A DNA stretch of 64,000 nucleotides from Chloroflexota bacterium (lineage in GTDB: Bacteria; Chloroflexota; Dehalococcoidia; Lucifugimonadales; JADFKI01), in contig JAQBUT010000002.1 in assembly GCA_027623195.1 (NCBI GenBank), positions 1 through 64,000 on the forward strand, written 5' to 3'. The notes under the pieces were generated by a model, which saw only the letters and a list, made by a program, of their open reading frames with translations, was not told where the DNA came from and made no database searches. Positions 26,676-36,126 of the stretch are shown piece by piece. The position numbers and the translations under genes are program-made. Positions within the stretch are counted from its first letter, which is position 1. Every line of letters starts with the position of its first letter.

Positions 26676-28391
26676 CTACTCCAACTCTCGCAGGTACTTC
26701 TCCATCTCGCAGGCGAACCACAGCGCCATGGCGCCTCCACGGTCGTCCAGGCCAAAGATGGCAGGCCTGTCGAAGTAGTCGCGACGGCTCGCCTGCACTC
26801 CGGTGCCGGTGCAAACGTCCACCAGGCCACCTTCGTTATCCACCCGCTCGTTCACAAACTGCCACGCCCATGCCAGCGATAGCTTGAAGGAGTCGTCCAG
26901 CCAGCCCACGCGCATGCCCCTGGCCATGGCGTAGCCTAACATGCAGGTAACGGTCAGCTCGGAGTAGGAACCGGGAAAATCGATGACCTCCAGCCAGCCA
27001 CCTGACGGCGACTGGTACTTTTGCAGCGCCTCCAGGTGTCGCTGGTGGGCGCGACGTATGCTGCCCCTATCCACGTGGTTGCGGGGCATATAGGTCAGCG
27101 TCTCACAATAGCCCAGGGCGGCAAAACCGTTGCCTCGGCCCCAAAAATGTGGGGTCTTGCGGTCGTGCCAGAACAGACCGTTTTCCTGCTGAATGCCAGC
27201 ATCAAGCAGGAAACGGCACTGGATGTCTGTGTAGGTCTGGTGGCCGGTAATCTCCGTGGCCCTTCCTAGAATCGCGCCTCCGTAGAACATGTCTTCGGGG
27301 CGGTACTCCGGGTCAGACGGCGGCGGGACGTTGCCTATCTCAGAAGGCCTGTAAAGGTCTGCAATTTCCACTAGCTGTTCGGCGTAACGCTTTTCGCCTG
27401 TGGCCGTCGTGAGTTCATCTTCCCACACCATGCCTGCAAGGTTGGACCCGCTGTTGCCTTCGCCAAATACCTGCTCCAACGTGCAAGATGAGTAGCCCCG
27501 GACTATATGTACCAGGTCCGGCACGGGGTCTTCTCCCTCGGGATCAAGCTCCTTTAGTCGTAGCCGCCCGCTCAGGGAGACGCCCTGAGTGTAGATAACG
27601 GGGTTAAGCTTGTGTCCGTAGACGGAACCCAGTAGTCGGGCCACTTCCAGCGGCGTGCGGGCTCTCCTGGCATCCAATTCCTGCCTTGCCGGAGAGGAGC
27701 CCAGGGCCGATTCTTGTGACAGGATCGCCCATAGTCTTCCCAACTCAGCCTTTAATGAATCTGCGGGACAGGTCAACAGCAGTCCAGGTACAGGGGCCAG
27801 ATTATTCGGCTTTCCGTCTGCGAGGGCGTTCAGGAGCGAACCCTCCTCGACTAGCGGGTAGGCGTTCAGGGAGGTGCCAATCCTTGAGACAGGTCCTGAG
27901 TACTCCCATCGGACTGAGATGCCATCACGGACTTCCAGCACCAAATCCGGCGCGTTGAAGCTTATCCAACGCCATAGGTATCGCGATTCAGGGTTGTGTG
28001 GGTCGCCATAGTAACCGTCCTCTGGAGGGGGATAGCCGGTGGCGGGGTTTCCGCCGGCGCCGTTGCTGCGGGAGATTCCCAGCGCAAGGCCGTCGGGGTT
28101 GCCACAGGGCACCGCGCTTAGGGCGACCTCTTTGCCCAGCGCATCGCCTCCTTCCACGTAGGATTCGATAGCGCCCAGAGAGTGGCTCACGTCCTCTATT
28201 GTTCCGGTTAGACCGCCCACCAGGAGCACTCTCGTCTTGTCGGTGTCGGGAAGATATGCGTCTCCATGCACCAGCGCAGGGATCGGCCGCTCGGATCGAG
28301 TCACGCCGCATGCGTCAATTCGCCAGCGGTCTGGTGTCTGTTCCGCCAGGGTGTTAAGCCGTTCGTCGAGGTCCAGTCCATTACTTACCAT
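26676..28391 (-). CDS. GH88/GH105-like glycoside hydrolase fused to an N-terminal M14-peptidase-like domain
   Basis: C-half: EDMFY, GLFWH, WGRGNG, ELTVTCM.GY; N-half: VLLVGG, VPCGNPDG, PESRYL, PDLVLEV. Confidence 0.75.
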   Translation of the reverse strand: MVSNGLDLDERLNTLAEQTPDRWRIDACGVTRSERPIPALVHGDAYLPDTDKTRVLLVGGLTGTIEDVSHSLGAIESYVEGGDALGKEVALSAVPCGNPDGLALGISRSNGAGGNPATGYPPPEDGYYGDPHNPESRYLWRWISFNAPDLVLEVRDGISVRWEYSGPVSRIGTSLNAYPLVEEGSLLNALADGKPNNLAPVPGLLLTCPADSLKAELGRLWAILSQESALGSSPARQELDARRARTPLEVARLLGSVYGHKLNPVIYTQGVSLSGRLRLKELDPEGEDPVPDLVHIVRGYSSCTLEQVFGEGNSGSNLAGMVWEDELTTATGEKRYAEQLVEIADLYRPSEIGNVPPPSDPEYRPEDMFYGGAILGRATEITGHQTYTDIQCRFLLDAGIQQENGLFWHDRKTPHFWGRGNGFAALGYCETLTYMPRNHVDRGSIRRAHQRHLEALQKYQSPSGGWLEVIDFPGSYSELTVTCMLGYAMARGMRVGWLDDSFKLSLAWAWQFVNERVDNEGGLVDVCTGTGVQASRRDYFDRPAIFGLDDRGGAMALWFACEMEKYLRELE

Positions 28392-28619
28392 TTTTCAACC
28401 TGCATTAAATTAAAGTAATTCTCAAAACAATTGTTGCTATATCAACGATGCCTTGGCTGGGTCAGTTGCATAAGCAACTAATGCCGCAATGCCCCTCAGA
28501 TTGTGGTTTCAACATCCTGCGGAAAAGCGCGAGCCAATTTTAACACAACGGCCTGTAAAGTCGGAATTGGGAGTCCAATTGAAGTGAAAGATGTTGCAGT
28601 GAAATTGGCGGTGATGTGC

Positions 28620-29390
28620 TCAGTCAAGTACAGGCGTAGGAAGCCTGTTAATCAGCGCGGCGAGGTATCCTGCGCCAAATCCGTTGTCGATGTTGACCAC
28701 GCCAATGCCTGTAGCGCAGCTGTTTAGCATAGCCAGCAAAGCGGCCAGGCCATCGAAACTTGCGCCGTAGCCCACGCTGGTGGGGACCGCGATAACGGGC
28801 ACCTGGACTAGCCCGCCTACCACCGATGGCAACGCGCCCTCCATGCCAGCCACAGCCACAACGACTCTGGCTTTCTGCAACGTCGGTATCTGCGCCAGCA
28901 ACCGGTGGATCCCGGCTACGCCAACGTCGAATACCCGCTCCACCTGGCTGTCCATTAGCTCGGCTGTTACCGCAGCCTCGTACGCTACTGGAAGGTCCGC
29001 TGTTCCTGCGCAAACGATTAGCACACCGGGTGTGGTCTTGACGGAGTCAGCCTCTCTGCGGTCCACGGCGATGGTTCTGGCGACATCGTCGTACTGGGCG
29101 TCAGGAGCCTTGGCCTTTAGGGCGTTGAACGCCTCTTGGGAAGCACGGGTAACTAGAAGGCGGTCCGACTGCTTTAATAGCGCCTCGCCTATTGAAGCTA
29201 CCTGCTCAGGGGTCTTGCCCTGGCCGAAGATGACTTCCGGGAACCCCTGGCGTATGGCTCGGTGGTGGTCCACCTTCGCGAACTCCAGGTCCTCGTAGGG
29301 CAGGCTCCGCAATTGAGCGATAACATCGTCCTCAGAGAGGCCGTTTTCCTTGAAGTTCTTGAGTAGGATGCGTAGCCGCGACTCGTCGAT
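28620..29390 (-). CDS. larB: nickel-pincer cofactor biosynthesis protein LarB
   Basis: [53 protein letters not shown]; family-like N-terminus extends to ATC at 29390 (ORF track starts at TTG 29312). Confidence 0.93.
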   Translation of the reverse strand: MDESRLRILLKNFKENGLSEDDVIAQLRSLPYEDLEFAKVDHHRAIRQGFPEVIFGQGKTPEQVASIGEALLKQSDRLLVTRASQEAFNALKAKAPDAQYDDVARTIAVDRREADSVKTTPGVLIVCAGTADLPVAYEAAVTAELMDSQVERVFDVGVAGIHRLLAQIPTLQKARVVVAVAGMEGALPSVVGGLVQVPVIAVPTSVGYGASFDGLAALLAMLNSCATGIGVVNIDNGFGAGYLAALINRLPTPVLD

Positions 29391-29510
29391 GATGCGTCTC
29401 CCAAGTTAGGCGCCCGCCTCCAGGTGGTAGAGGGGCGCTGGTTGTTCGACGGGGTGGTAATCCCCTGCATCGAGTATACAGGGCTTCTCCAGAAATCGTA
29501 AAGTCAAATG

Positions 29511-29549
29511 AAAACGGCCCCGCGTTACTGCGGGGCCGATCTTCTTTTT
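29511..29549. terminator. intrinsic terminator, possibly bidirectional
   Basis: CGGCCCCGCG/TGCGGGGCCG stem flanked by AAAA and a T-rich tract. Confidence 0.65.
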
Positions 29550-29606
29550 ATTTCCACTGTACGTCCGACAAAGCGGACCCGGGCGTTGGGGCCAGGTTGC
29601 CTCTGC

Positions 29607-29798
29607 CTAACTGGCTCGAGTCAGCGCCGGAAGCTCCACCCTAAACTCCTCCAGCCTCAACTTCAGAGAACCGGGTATAGGCTCGTCCGATGCATCCTTA
29701 TACCAGCCGCATTGCAAGCAGGTCAGGTACTCTCCGTACCAGTCGCTGGTTCCATGGACGTCCCCATCACAGCGCGGGCAGCTCTTGAAGTTCAGCAT
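29607..29798 (-). CDS. small zinc-ribbon protein
   Basis: CPRC...CLQCG; SD GAGGAG upstream of ATG; terminator downstream. Confidence 0.75.
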   Translation of the reverse strand: MLNFKSCPRCDGDVHGTSDWYGEYLTCLQCGWYKDASDEPIPGSLKLRLEEFRVELPALTRAS

Positions 29799-29845
29799 TT
29801 CGGATCTCCTCTCGTTTCCTGTCTAGCCTTATTATCTCTTAGGAG

Positions 29846-29889
29846 TGTTACCGAATCGTTACCGGGTTATTAATTCTGTGTTAACACCT
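29846..29889. promoter_or_regulatory. 11-bp-periodic direct repeats, OmpR/PhoB-type operator candidate
   Basis: TGTTACC (29846), CGTTACC (29857), TATTAAT (29868), TGTTAAC (29879). Confidence 0.5.
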
Positions 29890-30103
29890 TTTGCATACTA
29901 TAATTCGGCTTATGGTTACCTGTTTTCGACTTGGCGACCATTCCCAGGATTACGGCCTAGGCTGAATGTATTAGTAAGCCCTTCGTGAAGTCCTTTATGC
30001 CAGGCAATAGTGGCTCCAAGTCCGGTATCCGGTTGGCTAAATCAATCTACGAAAGGTGCTAGGAGCGTATTAATTACAGACGGCCCAGGTTTATTCTGAT
30101 TTC

Positions 30104-32125
30104 ATGAACAATCCCGTCACATTTTGCAGATTGAATGCACTTCTATTGGCTGCGCCGCTCATCGTGGCAGCGTGTTCGTTTGGCCCAACTGAGGCCTTGC
30201 CTGGCGCTAACTCGCTCTCGGAGAGTCCGACCTCGGTCGCCGACCCCACGGTGATTCCATCCACGCCGACGGCCACCGTCACTCCCGAAGTCCAGCCAAC
30301 ATCTACGCCTGTCGAGGTGCGTGCTCCCAAGAAGCCCGTAATAAACGACCCCTTGAGCGGTCCCAATCTGCTTCCGGAACCCCCGGAGCGAGACCTATAT
30401 GCACTCGCCCTCCGCTTCGGAAAGGTCCAAGCAGGCGTCGAACCGGATTCAAATACGGTTAAGAAAGATGGCGGTAGCTATGAGGTAGGTCATAGCCAGT
30501 CATTCTTCGTCAACGATCTGGTAGACAACACTACCTACACCATCATGGCCACGCTGCGGGTGGTCAGCGAGAACGCTTACTGGTATGGAGATGATGACGA
30601 GAAGGTGAGCATTTCGGACCAAGCTCTCCTGAGGGGTGCGGAGGTATTCGAATCCGAGATTAGGCCTGGTATGGTGCGATCCCTGGGCGACATCAGGAAC
30701 CCTGGGGTAGATGGCGACCCACGCCTTACGGTTCTGCACACGCCCCTAAGGGCGGCGGATGGATATTTCGGCTCAAGCGATGAGTATCCGCAATCAATTC
30801 ATCCCCATAGCAACCAGCGGGAGATGATTTACATGGACGTCAGTCGTCTGACGCCGGGGTCATATCCCTACCTCAGTGTGCTGGCGCACGAGCTTCAGCA
30901 TGCCATTCATTGGAATCTGGACGGCGGCGAGGATGCCTGGATAAATGAAGGAATGTCCGAGCTGGCCAAGGAGCAGGTCGGCTACGATACATACTTCGTG
31001 GATGCCTTCCTGCGGAAGCCCGAGGTTCAGCTGAATTTTTGGCCGGACGAAATAGGGACCAGCGCACCGCATTACGGAGCTTCCTTGCTGTTTTTGGCAT
31101 ACGTTGCCGAGTATTACGGGGGCTACGAGGCGATGGGCGACCTGGTTCGTGAGCAGGCCGACGGGATTAATGCCCTTGAGCTTCACCTGTCGAAGTTCGG
31201 TCAGTCTTTTGAAAAAGTATTCAAAAGCTGGGCAGTGGCCAACTATCTGGACGCTGATTCAGGCCCTTATAGGTACCCGGATAGGTCCGTCAAAGTGCAA
31301 TCGATCCGACGGGTTTTCGCGGAGTTGCAGGAAGTCGAAAGCCTACCACAGTTCGCGGCGCGTTATTACGACCTGAGGCTTCCCGATGGTGATTACCTGT
31401 TGGATTTTTCCGGTGGTGCCAGGGTCGCACAGGTGGACACGCAATGCTGGAGCGGACAAAGCTGTTGGTGGAGCGGCAACGGCGATTCCATCGACTCCAT
31501 GCTCACCAGGGACCTGGATCTGACGGGGCTAACGCACGCTACTCTGGAGTTCTGGACCTGGTTTGACATTGAAGAGGGTTGGGATTACGCCTACGTGTCC
31601 GTTTCTGCAGACGGTGGCCAGACATGGGACATTCTGGAGGGCGAACACACGACTGCGGATGATCCTGTGGGCAACAACTTCGGCACAGGGTTTACGGCCA
31701 AAAGCGGCCAGTGGGTCCAGGAGTCTATGGATATTTCCGAATTCGCGGGCGAAAAGATCCAGTTGAGGTTCGAGTACATAACGGACGATGCGGTAAATTT
31801 GGATGGGTTCGTTTTGGACGACATCGCTGTGCCGGAACTGGGGCTGCTAGATGATGCCGAGACGGAAGGCAGCTGGACCGGTGCAGGCTTTCAACTCATC
31901 GGTAACGCGCTTCCTCAGAAATTCGCTGTGCAGGTAATCGAGTTCGGCCTGGACGGTGATAGCGTTGTCCGGGAGATTGACCTGGAGGGTGGGATTGCTG
32001 CACAAGCCCAGTTTGCAGGATTGGGAAAAGATATTGAGAACGTCGTGCTCGTGATAACGCCGCTCACGAGAGGCACCTTCATGCCCAGCGGCTATTCACT
32101 GTCCATTACAGCGGACGGCGGCTAG
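30104..32125 (+). CDS. secreted/lipoprotein zinc metalloprotease (immune inhibitor A/M30-like)
   Basis: lipobox VAAC, AHELQH...NEG, InhA-like C-terminal WDYAYVSVS.DGG, RFEYITD. Confidence 0.85.
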   Translation: MNNPVTFCRLNALLLAAPLIVAACSFGPTEALPGANSLSESPTSVADPTVIPSTPTATVTPEVQPTSTPVEVRAPKKPVINDPLSGPNLLPEPPERDLYALALRFGKVQAGVEPDSNTVKKDGGSYEVGHSQSFFVNDLVDNTTYTIMATLRVVSENAYWYGDDDEKVSISDQALLRGAEVFESEIRPGMVRSLGDIRNPGVDGDPRLTVLHTPLRAADGYFGSSDEYPQSIHPHSNQREMIYMDVSRLTPGSYPYLSVLAHELQHAIHWNLDGGEDAWINEGMSELAKEQVGYDTYFVDAFLRKPEVQLNFWPDEIGTSAPHYGASLLFLAYVAEYYGGYEAMGDLVREQADGINALELHLSKFGQSFEKVFKSWAVANYLDADSGPYRYPDRSVKVQSIRRVFAELQEVESLPQFAARYYDLRLPDGDYLLDFSGGARVAQVDTQCWSGQSCWWSGNGDSIDSMLTRDLDLTGLTHATLEFWTWFDIEEGWDYAYVSVSADGGQTWDILEGEHTTADDPVGNNFGTGFTAKSGQWVQESMDISEFAGEKIQLRFEYITDDAVNLDGFVLDDIAVPELGLLDDAETEGSWTGAGFQLIGNALPQKFAVQVIEFGLDGDSVVREIDLEGGIAAQAQFAGLGKDIENVVLVITPLTRGTFMPSGYSLSITADGG

Positions 32126-32133
32126 GCAGGGCC

Positions 32134-32490
32134 TTACTTGCGGCGGCCCATCATGGTCTGAAAGGTTCTCTGGAGCCTGGGAAGCCTCGGGTCGTACTCC
32201 CCCAGCGGGTATTGCTCGGGATGGGACTCCACCCACTGAAGGGAGACCTCTCTAGTCAGTTCATCGGACATGATGCGGTCCATCGACTGCTCCTGGGCAA
32301 ATCGGAGCATTTCTCGGCGCCTAAGCGATACTTTGCGCAGATACAGAGGAATCCTAACGGGCAGTGCCAGCAACTTCCCCACGAGCCTGAAAAGCGAAAC
32401 CTGGTCGTCGAAAGCCTCGTGGACAGCTCTGGCCTCGTGCTTTCCCAACTCCGCCCGCCAGTCCCAACCTTCGGGTCTTTTCTGATTCAT
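32134..32490 (-). CDS. hypothetical protein
   Basis: ATG at 32490 preceded by AGGAG; no recognisable motif. Confidence 0.6.
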   Translation of the reverse strand: MNQKRPEGWDWRAELGKHEARAVHEAFDDQVSLFRLVGKLLALPVRIPLYLRKVSLRRREMLRFAQEQSMDRIMSDELTREVSLQWVESHPEQYPLGEYDPRLPRLQRTFQTMMGRRK

Positions 32491-32838
32491 GGCCTTCTCC
32501 TGCTGGAAACCCTCATTAACTAGCCGCTGATCGTGTATTGCAAAGAGTATTCTGGGAGTTACGCGCACTTATTGCCGAAGTTTATGCCTAGTATCTGGGA
32601 CTGTCAATTCTCAGGTAGTTCCCTGCGCAGAAGAGCCAAATCTGCACAACATGATGTCGTGTAGCCTTTCTCTTCCTGTGCCGCTATAATAACGTTGTTC
32701 CATTATTAGAATTTGTGGTGCCTGGCACCAGGATGGTTTAACTTCTTAGCATTCGACAAAAAAAGCCTTCCAGCGCCATGAATAGCCGCTATTGGAGGCA
32801 ACGTTGAAGGCAAATGGTTCGGCTCAAGGAGGGGCATC

Positions 32839-33660
32839 GTGACATCCCAAGAATTTTCGTTCTCAAAGTTTTCCAGGAATGATTTCTACGAGAAGCTGAA
32901 CTCACGCCTAGTCGAAATGGCGGAGCTAAACTCTGGTCAACGTATTGTTGATCTGGCTTGTGGCACCGGTGGAGTCACGAAAATAATATTGGAACATCTT
33001 AGGGACGCCCGTGATTCCGTAGTCATCGCGGTGGATCACTCCGCGTCTGCACTAAAGCAGGCGATGGAGGAGTTGAACGGCCGTAAAGTTTCTGCGCTTC
33101 AGTTCGTCCAAAGTCAGGTAGAGCAGCTTTCCGAGTCACTCAAGGAAACGGTGGATACCATCGTCTTCTGCAACGCTATTCACTACATCCCCGACAAGGA
33201 CGCTCTTATTGAGGACATTTCCAAGTCCCTCAAGCCTGGAGGAAAGTTCGCCTTCAACACCTCGTTCTACGAAGGCAGCCATCCCCCGGAAACTCTTGAC
33301 TACTATCGCAAGTGGATGTTCAAAGCCATGCGCATTCTGCGTCGAGAATACGGTCTTTCTCCCTCTAGAGAAAATAAGGTTGAGTCTCGGAAGCACCTTA
33401 CACCGGAACAGTACAAGAGCATCCTGGAAAATCATGGGCTTCAGATTGTTAAGCAGGAAATCGAAACAGTCGATGTTCCCATAGATGGTTATTTGGACAT
33501 TTCCGCCTTCCAGGACTTCGTCGAAGGCGTTATGCCCGGTGTACCGTTGGACAAGGCCAGCGCTGCGTTGCAAGAAGGGGTCCGGCAGACATTTGCCGAA
33601 ATGAATCTGACCTACGTGTCCCGCAGTTGGCTAGAGGTTGTGGCGGTGCGGGCTGCCTAG
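32839..33660 (+). CDS. class I SAM-dependent methyltransferase
   Basis: VDLACGTG, VD.S, LKPGG; AAGGAGG SD. Confidence 0.9.
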   Translation: MTSQEFSFSKFSRNDFYEKLNSRLVEMAELNSGQRIVDLACGTGGVTKIILEHLRDARDSVVIAVDHSASALKQAMEELNGRKVSALQFVQSQVEQLSESLKETVDTIVFCNAIHYIPDKDALIEDISKSLKPGGKFAFNTSFYEGSHPPETLDYYRKWMFKAMRILRREYGLSPSRENKVESRKHLTPEQYKSILENHGLQIVKQEIETVDVPIDGYLDISAFQDFVEGVMPGVPLDKASAALQEGVRQTFAEMNLTYVSRSWLEVVAVRAA

Positions 33661-33684
33661 TCGGTAAGCCCGAGGGACTAGGTC

Positions 33685-34641
33685 ACGCCCCTTTTTCTGA
33701 CAGACCAAGACGTTAGCAGCCTCCTGACTATGGAGGATGCCTTGGTTGCCGTCGAAGAATCGCTGCTACAGCAGGCTCAAGGAAACGCAGTCAACCTGCC
33801 TCGCGCTCATAGCATTGCAGCCCCTCACGTTTACCTGGCTCACATGCAGGGCGCCCTTCATGAACAGGGCGTCGTAGGCTTCAAGGCCTATACCGGCTCT
33901 TCCCAAGGCTACAAGTTTCTAGTCTACATCACCGATATGAATTCTGGAGAACTCCTCGCGATCATCGAAGCCAATCGCATGGGCCAACTCAGGACTGGCG
34001 CCGCCACCGGAATAAGCGTTAAGCATATGGCCAGAAGTGATCGCCAGGTTGTTGGCATACTGGGCAGTGGATATCAGGCAGGAACTCAGCTTGAAGCGGT
34101 GTGCCGAGTTTGCGACGTAGAGTCTGCCGTGGTCTACAGCCCCAGTCCCCAACGCCGAGCCTCCTATGCCGAAAACATGTCTCGAGAGCTTGAATTGCCA
34201 GTCACGGCTGTGGATTCAGCCAGGGACGTTGTAGAAGCAGCCGATATTCTGATCACCATTACCTCCTCCCGCACGCCCGTGTTCGAGGGCCAGTGGCTTA
34301 GGCCTGGTATGCACGTGGCGGCGGTGGGCGGCGCCAACGAGTATGTCACCGAGCTGGATGATGACGCCGTCTCGCGGCCCGACGTCCTGGTAGTTGATAG
34401 CATTGCACAGGCCAAGAAGGAATGTGGCGAGCTCCTCATGCCCGCCTCTCGTGGCCTGATTCTTTGGGAGCAGGTCCGCGAGCTTTGGGAGGTTGTTGAC
34501 GGTTCAGTTGCGGGCAGGCGAAGCGATGACGAGGTGACGTTGTTCAAGGCGTTGGGCATGGCCATATGGGATGTTGCCGTCGCCAAGGCGGTGTATGATA
34601 AGGCGGTGGCCCAGGGTGTAGGCATTCGCATCGGGGACTAA
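33685..34641 (+). CDS. ornithine cyclodeaminase/mu-crystallin family protein
   Basis: RTGAATG, GSGYQA, ADI, HV.AVG, EL, ECGE, TLFK..G.AI.D; family-like N-terminus extends to ACG at 33685 (ORF track starts at ATG 33730). Confidence 0.9.
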   Translation, partial: TPLFLTDQDVSSLLTMEDALVAVEESLLQQAQGNAVNLPRAHSIAAPHVYLAHMQGALHEQGVVGFKAYTGSSQGYKFLVYITDMNSGELLAIIEANRMGQLRTGAATGISVKHMARSDRQVVGILGSGYQAGTQLEAVCRVCDVESAVVYSPSPQRRASYAENMSRELELPVTAVDSARDVVEAADILITITSSRTPVFEGQWLRPGMHVAAVGGANEYVTELDDDAVSRPDVLVVDSIAQAKKECGELLMPASRGLILWEQVRELWEVVDGSVAGRRSDDEVTLFKALGMAIWDVAVAKAVYDKAVAQGVGIRIGD

Positions 34642-34724
34642 TGCCAATCGGCCTACCCCGCCATGTTTTCTAAGATCGATACAATAACCTCTACTAAAGA
34701 CGAAAATTGCCAGGTATCCAAGAA

Positions 34725-36089
34725 ATGTCGATTCGCGCTTTAACGCCATTGGACGGACGATACGCCTCTCAAGTAGTAGAGTTGGCCGACTACCTGTCGG
34801 AGTGGGCGCTCATCAAGTATCGGGTGCTGGTGGAGGTGGAGTGGCTCATTGAGATGGCCGCGAGCCAACACATATCCAACCTGAGAGAACTGACGACCGC
34901 CGAGATCAAAGTCCTGCGCCAGTTATCTGAAAATTTCGATGACAAGGCCGCGCTGAGAGCCAAAGAAATTGAGGGTACGACTCGCCACGATGTAAAGGCC
35001 GTCGAATACCTGATAAGGGAGCAGCTTGAAGGCACATCCCTGGAGGACGTTTCGGAGTGGATACATTTCTGCTGTACGTCCGAGGACATTAACAACCTCT
35101 CCTACGCCCTGATGCTAAAAGATGCGCTGGAGCAGGTCTGGCTACCGGCAGCCCAAGAGTTAGTAAGTGTCGTAGCATCAATTGCTCAGGAAACCAGAGA
35201 GATACCACTATTGGCCCGAACGCATGGGCAGCCCGCCTCGCCCACAACGCTGGGCAAGGAGTTGGCGGTCTTCGTGCACCGCTGGCAGCGTCAGCTAAAG
35301 CAGATCGGAAGCGCTGAGTATTTAGGAAAATTCAACGGCGCGGTTGGAAGCTATAACGCCCACGCCATCGCCTACCCGGAGGCCCCATGGGAGGACATCT
35401 CCAGCCAGTTCGTGGAGAGGCTTGGCCTGACGCACAACCCGCTCACCACGCAGATCGAGACCCACGACTTCCTGGCGGAGATATTCCACGCCATGACGCG
35501 CTTCAACACCGTCACCGTGGACTTCGACAAGGATATCTGGACCTACATCTCCCTGGGCGTGTTCAAGCAGACGGTTGTGGAAGGCGAGGTTGGTTCGTCC
35601 ACCATGCCCCACAAGGTTAACCCCATCAACTTCGAGAACTCTGAGGCCAACATGGGCATCAGCAATGCCCTGCTGGAGCATCTGGCGTCCAAGCTGCTGG
35701 TATCCCGTCTTCAGCGCGACCTTACCGACTCTTCGGCGCTGCGCAATCTGGGACCGGCTATTGGCCACAGCCTGGTTGGCCTGAAATCTGCCATGCGCGG
35801 GCTGCGGCAGATCGCAGTGGATGAGGCTCTGGTGCGGGCGGAGTTGGCTGGCTCTTGGGAGGTTCTGGCGGAGGCTGTGCAGACCGTCATGCGCAAGCAC
35901 GGCATAGGCGACGCATACGAGCAGCTCAAGAATTTTTCGAGAGGCGCAGCCATCGATCGAGAGGGCATGCAGGGCTTCATCAAGAGCCTGGACCTGCCCG
36001 AAGATGATAAGAAGCGCCTTCTGGTCCTCACCCCTGAGACCTACACCGGCATCGCCAGCGACCTGGTCCGGCATATTTCGGAAGGCTAG
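34725..36089 (+). CDS. purB: adenylosuccinate lyase
   Basis: LTPLDGRY, HDVKAVEY, TSEDINN, RTHGQPASPTT, GSSTMPHKVNPINFEN. Confidence 0.97.
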   Translation: MSIRALTPLDGRYASQVVELADYLSEWALIKYRVLVEVEWLIEMAASQHISNLRELTTAEIKVLRQLSENFDDKAALRAKEIEGTTRHDVKAVEYLIREQLEGTSLEDVSEWIHFCCTSEDINNLSYALMLKDALEQVWLPAAQELVSVVASIAQETREIPLLARTHGQPASPTTLGKELAVFVHRWQRQLKQIGSAEYLGKFNGAVGSYNAHAIAYPEAPWEDISSQFVERLGLTHNPLTTQIETHDFLAEIFHAMTRFNTVTVDFDKDIWTYISLGVFKQTVVEGEVGSSTMPHKVNPINFENSEANMGISNALLEHLASKLLVSRLQRDLTDSSALRNLGPAIGHSLVGLKSAMRGLRQIAVDEALVRAELAGSWEVLAEAVQTVMRKHGIGDAYEQLKNFSRGAAIDREGMQGFIKSLDLPEDDKKRLLVLTPETYTGIASDLVRHISEG

Positions 36090-36126
36090 TGGATCGGACC
36101 GGTCTAGAAAACTCTACTTAAAGAAA

